Shown here: in pieces, positions 61,644-64,000 of the stretch
Numbering within the stretch: the first letter of the stretch is position 1
How the letters are laid out: each line of letters starts with the position of its first letter
Assembly: GCA_036781285.1 (NCBI GenBank)
Contig: DAIQBH010000004.1
Coordinates: forward strand, 5,921-69,920
Direction of reading: 5' to 3'
Length of the DNA: 64,000 nt
Source: Thermodesulfobacteriota bacterium
GTDB taxonomy: Bacteria > Desulfobacterota > Binatia > UTPRO1
Notes under the pieces: model-generated
Told to the model about the DNA's origin: nothing
Seen by the model: the letters and a program-made list of their open reading frames with translations, nothing else
Database searches by the model: none
Position numbers and translations under genes: made by a program

Positions 61644-62645
61644 CTACAGTAGATAGCTTTGCTGCGCTCCGGCCTGGAACGGTGCGCCCGGTTTCCGGCG
61701 ACGGAGCTTCGCGACCAGCGTGGTGCGCTTGAGACCGAGCAGCCGGGCGGCCGCCTGCTTGTTGCCCTTCGTGCGGCGCAGCGCTTCCTCGATCAGGCGA
61801 TTCTCGAACTCCTCGACGGCGCTGTTGAGGTCGAGCCCGTTCTCGGAGAGCGACGGCTTCGGAATGCGCTTCTCGGAGATGAACGAGCGGATATTGCTCG
61901 GCAGGTTCTCGACGCGGATCCAGCCGTCCTCGGACAAGATGACCATGCGCTCGACGAGGTTCTCGAGCTCGCGCACGTTGCCGGGCCAGTCGTACTCCCA
62001 CAGGTGCACCATGCTGTCGTCGTTGATCTGGACCGGGTGATCCGGGCGCTTGCGGTTGTGCTTCTCGAGGAAGTGGGCGATCAGCAGCGGGATGTCCGAG
62101 CGGCGCTCGCGGAGCGGCGGCATCACGATCGGAATCACCTGCAAGCGGTAGAAGAGGTCTTCGCGGAACGTGCCGCGATCGACCTCTTGCTGGAGATCCT
62201 TGTTGGTGGCTGCCAGCACCCGGACGTCGACCTTCATCACGCGGTCGGCGCCGACCGGTCGGACCTCGCGATCCTGGAGCACGCGCAGCAGCTTCACTTG
62301 CAGGCGCGGGCTCATCTCGCCGACCTCGTCGAGGAAGATGGTGCCGCCGTTGGCGAGCTGGAACATGCCGGCGCGCGCGCCGATGGCGCCGGTGAACGCG
62401 CCGCGCTCGTGTCCGAAGATCTCCGACTCCAGAAGCTCGGCAGGGATCGCGCCGCAGTTCACCGGGATGAACGGACGGTCAGCGCGCGGCGACAGCTGAT
62501 GCGTGGCGCGCGCGACGAGCTCCTTGCCGGTGCCGCTCTCACCCATGACGAGGACCGTCGCATCGGTCGCCGTCACTTTCTTGATGAGGGCGTGGATTTT
62601 CTGCACCAGAGGGTGCTGGCCAATCAGGAACGGGAATTGATCCAT
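61644..62645 (-). CDS. Sigma54-dependent transcriptional activator (AAA+ plus Fis-type HTH, no receiver domain)
   Basis: GESGTGKE Walker A, the GAFTGA sigma54 contact motif and a C-terminal HTH. The ATG at 62645 trims an antisense-looking N-terminus. Confidence 0.85.
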   Translation of the reverse strand: MDQFPFLIGQHPLVQKIHALIKKVTATDATVLVMGESGTGKELVARATHQLSPRADRPFIPVNCGAIPAELLESEIFGHERGAFTGAIGARAGMFQLANGGTIFLDEVGEMSPRLQVKLLRVLQDREVRPVGADRVMKVDVRVLAATNKDLQQEVDRGTFREDLFYRLQVIPIVMPPLRERRSDIPLLIAHFLEKHNRKRPDHPVQINDDSMVHLWEYDWPGNVRELENLVERMVILSEDGWIRVENLPSNIRSFISEKRIPKPSLSENGLDLNSAVEEFENRLIEEALRRTKGNKQAAARLLGLKRTTLVAKLRRRKPGAPFQAGAQQSYLL

Positions 62646-62922
62646 ACGCGCTCGTTCTCCGATGCAGTCTGAAAATTGTGTGGCGTGCGTGAAAAACGTA
62701 ACAGTGGTGTTTCGGGTCGACAAGATAGAATCTTTAGGATCGATGCTGTGAAAACCGCGTCGATACTGCCTTTGCGTGTGATGCGACGTGCGCAGTGACG
62801 TGCCGACTCGCGCCGCGGTGTCAGTCGGTTGACATCACTGCACGAGTGCGATGAATCGACCCTCCTTCGTCGAGAGATGCGAGTCGCACCGCGTGCTCGC
62901 ACGGCGAACGAGAGGAGATCGA

Positions 62923-63675
62923 ATGACGGTGATCAAGGGGAAAGGCTCGCGCCCGGACGGACGGCGAGCGCGCGAGCTCCGGCCGGTGGAGATCACGCCC
63001 AATTACCTGCGGCACGCCGAAGGCTCCGCGCTGATCGCGTTCGGCGCGACCCGCGTGCTGTGCGCGGCGTCGGTGCAGGAGGGCGTGCCGCCGTGGCTCC
63101 GCAACTCCGGCCGCGGCTGGGTGACCGCGGAGTACGGCATGTTGCCGCGCTCGACCCATACGCGCTCGGATCGCGAAGCGGCGCGCGGCAAGATCGGCGG
63201 CCGCACCCAGGAGATCCAGCGGCTGATCGGCCGCAGCCTCCGCGCGGTCATCGACATGACGCTGCTCGGCGAGCGCACGATCTGGATCGATTGCGACGTC
63301 ATCGAGGCCGACGGCGGCACGCGGACGGCGTCGATCACGGGTGCGTACGTCGCGCTGGCGCTCGCCGTGCAACGACTCCAGAAGGCCGGTGCGCTCGCTG
63401 CGTCCCCGCTCCTCGATCATGTGGCGGCGGTCAGCGTCGGCATGGTCGACAAGAAGCTCTGCCTCGACCTCGCGTACGAGGAGGACAGCAAGGCCGAGGT
63501 CGACATGAACGTCGTCATGACCGGCAAAGGCAAGTTCATCGAGGTGCAGGGGACGGCCGAGGGCAAACCCTTCACCGCGACCCAGCTCGAGGCCATGACG
63601 GCGCTCGCGACCGAAGGCATCGGCACCCTGGTCGCACTCCAGAAGAAGATACTCGCCGAGACGGGTGGTGCCTGA
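62923..63675 (+). CDS. rph: Ribonuclease PH
   Basis: [15 protein letters not shown]...[16 protein letters not shown], with a GAGAGGAG RBS. Confidence 0.9.
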   Translation: MTVIKGKGSRPDGRRARELRPVEITPNYLRHAEGSALIAFGATRVLCAASVQEGVPPWLRNSGRGWVTAEYGMLPRSTHTRSDREAARGKIGGRTQEIQRLIGRSLRAVIDMTLLGERTIWIDCDVIEADGGTRTASITGAYVALALAVQRLQKAGALAASPLLDHVAAVSVGMVDKKLCLDLAYEEDSKAEVDMNVVMTGKGKFIEVQGTAEGKPFTATQLEAMTALATEGIGTLVALQKKILAETGGA

Positions 63676-64000
63676 AGCTCCGACGCTGCCCGCCCGGCTC
63701 GTGATCGCCACGACCAATCGCGGGAAGCTCCGCGAGGTCGCGGAGATCCTCGCTCCGGACGGCGTGACGGTCGTCGGCATCGCCGAGGTCGCCCCGGGCT
63801 GGTCGGTCGTCGAGGACGGGGCGACCTTCGTAGAGAACGCGCGGCTGAAAGCCACGGACCTGGCGCGTCGCACCGGGCTTCCGGCCCTGGGCGACGACTC
63901 CGGGCTCGAGGTCGACGCGCTCGGCGGCCGCCCCGGCGTGCGCTCCGCGCGCTACGCGGGCGAGCACGCGACCGACGCCGAGAACACGGCGCTCCTCCTG
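63668..64000 (+). CDS. rdgB: dITP/XTP pyrophosphatase RdgB (Ham1 family), 3'-truncated at the window edge
   Basis: [18 protein letters not shown], in rph-rdgB synteny. The GTG start overlaps the rph stop. Confidence 0.8.
   Translation, partial: MPEAPTLPARLVIATTNRGKLREVAEILAPDGVTVVGIAEVAPGWSVVEDGATFVENARLKATDLARRTGLPALGDDSGLEVDALGGRPGVRSARYAGEHATDAENTALLL

Overview
This is a roughly 70% GC bacterial chromosomal segment, probably from a delta-proteobacterial or Myxococcota-like organism. That guess rests on a sigma54 enhancer-binding protein, an orphan MotAB pair, and a Cys-rich secreted repeat protein with a Pro/Thr linker. The window is mostly conserved core genome. Left to right: a truncated M16 zinc peptidase; rpsU, a CvpA-like gene, dnaG and rpoD (the macromolecular-synthesis region); a CAU-anticodon tRNA with tRNA-Ile2 features; a COG1579 zinc-ribbon coiled-coil gene; RNase P RNA (rnpB); and a complete 16-gene dcw cluster (mraZ-rsmH-ftsL-ftsI-murE-murF-mraY-murD-ftsW-murG-murC-murB-ddl-ftsQ-ftsA-ftsZ). 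A candidate MraZ operator of 10-bp-phased GTGGG repeats sits in front of mraZ. The most accessory-looking stretch is roughly 26.8-50.3 kb (GreA-like factor through the DUF2779/peroxiredoxin pair); from the FKBP lipoprotein onward the gene content reads as ordinary housekeeping. This accessory stretch holds a GreA/Rnk-like factor, a possible 72-aa zinc-ribbon micro-ORF and a hypothetical gene upstream of orphan motA-motB, then pirin, a B12-binding-type radical SAM protein, acpS and an enoyl-CoA hydratase. Next come a PH-like/zinc-ribbon gene with an 80-aa partner, an ATP-grasp (Ddl-like) ligase operon with an APH-like kinase and a small unknown ORF, a small membrane protein, a phasin-like protein, the Cys-rich secreted protein and a zinc-ribbon HExxH metallopeptidase-like protein. 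It continues with two tandem ArsA/Get3-family ATPases that lack any ars genes, two paralogous PlsC-type acyltransferases (one apparently leaderless), an arrangement of beta-barrel porin, GlnB (P-II) and a receiver on one strand, uppP, and a DUF2779 nuclease-like gene that runs in frame with no stop into a 1-Cys peroxiredoxin. Downstream are an FKBP lipoprotein, hemD-hemE-hemH-hemY, a nitronate monooxygenase-like gene, a CBS-pair gene, gltA, a possible 25-aa membrane micropeptide, an amidase, dus, a small secreted protein, a split sigma54 activator with a stand-alone receiver, rph and rdgB (partial). I saw no CRISPR array, rRNA, transposase, integrase or phage genes. Many of the long ORFs in the six-frame track are Arg/Gly/Ser-rich antisense artefacts of the high GC content. 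In those regions I re-derived genes by translating and recognising conserved families, including the M16 peptidase that is absent from the track.
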